58,122 nt of DNA from a bacterium. GTDB taxonomy: Bacteria; Krumholzibacteriota; Krumholzibacteriia; LZORAL124-64-63. Of the stretch, positions 57,302 to 58,122 are shown piece after piece. Within the stretch, counting starts at the first letter, position 1, and every line of letters starts with the position of its first letter. The notes under the pieces are model-generated. The model saw nothing but the letters and a program-made list of their open reading frames with translations. It did not search any database and had not been told where the DNA came from. The stretch lies in NCBI GenBank assembly GCA_031441465.1, contig JANOEP010000026.1, forward strand, positions 1 through 58,122, given 5' to 3'. The translations under genes and the position numbers were made by a program.

Positions 57302-57503
57302 AGCGATCTCTCGGGTCGGTGAAGTTGGATGCTGCTTTCCGGAATGAGACGGATATTCATAACGCCAATCGTTGATCGCGGTTGATTTCGAAGGAATTGG
57401 TGACAGGACAGGATTGATTTTGACCGATGTAATGAGTGAGTCGTCAATGCCCCCCCCCCCCCCCTCCCCTCACACACACATTATGATCATGACCACAGGG
57501 GAA

Positions 57504-58122
57504 CGGTTCATCCCCACGCGCGTGGGGAACGTTCGGCTTGGAAGTCGCCCTGCTCCAGATGCTGCGGTTCATCCCCACGCGCGTGGGGAACGTCCCACAT
57601 CGGCGCGCCTGCGGGCGGCATTCTACGGTTCATCCCCACGCGCGTGGGGAACGTGTGGTGGTGGAGTAATGCGGAAGCTGATCCTGCGGTTCATCCCCAC
57701 GCGCGTGGGGAACGTCGCGCACATGGCGGCGCTGAATGTATAGCGACCGGTTCATCCCCACGCGCGTGGGGAACGTGCCCCGGTGGAAACCGCCGCCTCA
57801 ACGGCGATCGGTTCATCCCCACGCGCGTGGGGAACGTGCTGACTGCGGAATGGGCAAGACCCCCATTCATGGTTCATCCCCCCGCGCGTGGGGAACGTCC
57901 AACACGCCGCCGGCCGCCAGCGGCAACACCGGTTCATCCCCACGCGCGTGGGGAACGTTGCGTCGTCATGCCCGTGACCGCGAACGCGGCCGGTTCATCC
58001 CCACGCGCGTGGGGAACGTCGCTCGTGCAGCAGGTCCAGCACGTAGATCCGCGGTTCATCCCCACGCGCGTGGGGAACGTGCGGGCCCAGAGCTGCGCAG
58101 GACCGCCTTGAACGGTTCATCC
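57504..58122 (-). CRISPR. type I-E-like CRISPR array, 10 full repeats plus 1 partial, 10 spacers, truncated at window end
   Basis: 29-nt repeat CGGTTCATCCCCACGCGCGTGGGGAACGT at 57504, 57565, 57626, 57687, 57748, 57809, 57870, 57930, 57991, 58052 and 58113 (partial). Spacers are 32 nt (one 31). The reverse complement ends ATGAACCG, like the E. coli I-E ATAAACCG handle. Confidence 0.98.

Noticed and set aside
58020..58051. Spacer 9 partially matches the thioesterase gene near 50523 (CTCGTGCAGCAGG..CAGCA)
   Set aside because: About 18 of 20 nt match over only part of a 32-nt spacer in GC-rich coding sequence; consistent with chance, not self-targeting.
57372..58111. ORFs with repeating RFIPTRVGN / VHPHARGE peptides
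   Set aside because: Translations of the CRISPR repeats.
1..58122. tRNA, rRNA, riboswitches, cas genes, integrases
   Set aside because: None recognised by eye; small structured RNAs cannot be excluded without a covariance-model search.

Overview
High-GC bacterial chromosomal window. It most likely comes from a diderm FCB-related lineage such as Krumholzibacteriota or Latescibacterota. This is inferred from five secreted proteins with FlgD-Ig/'NPFNP' C-terminal domains, two gingipain-like C25 proteins and a mitochondrial-type aconitase. The left edge holds the 3' end of an IS630 transposase and an AAA-ATPase/wHTH/PD-(D/E)xK gene whose sigma70 promoter is covered by repeated operator-like boxes. 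The most notable feature is a tightly coupled 9-gene operon (10262-23929) that embeds poly-gamma-glutamate synthesis genes (pgsB, pgsC, pgsW; no capA or capD in the window). Its other genes encode a beta-helix protein, a C25 peptidase-like protein, a secreted duplicated-domain protein, an outer-membrane barrel, an LVIVD/FN3/FGE lipoprotein and a DUF1624 membrane protein. A second C25 gene is divergent and an S8 protease is convergent. The middle is mostly housekeeping and membrane genes, with a perfect 32-bp inverted repeat. The right edge has a SEC-C protein and a type I-E-like CRISPR array (10 full repeats plus 1 partial, minus orientation) running off the window, with no cas genes in view. 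Family assignments come from recognising motifs by eye, not from database searches.
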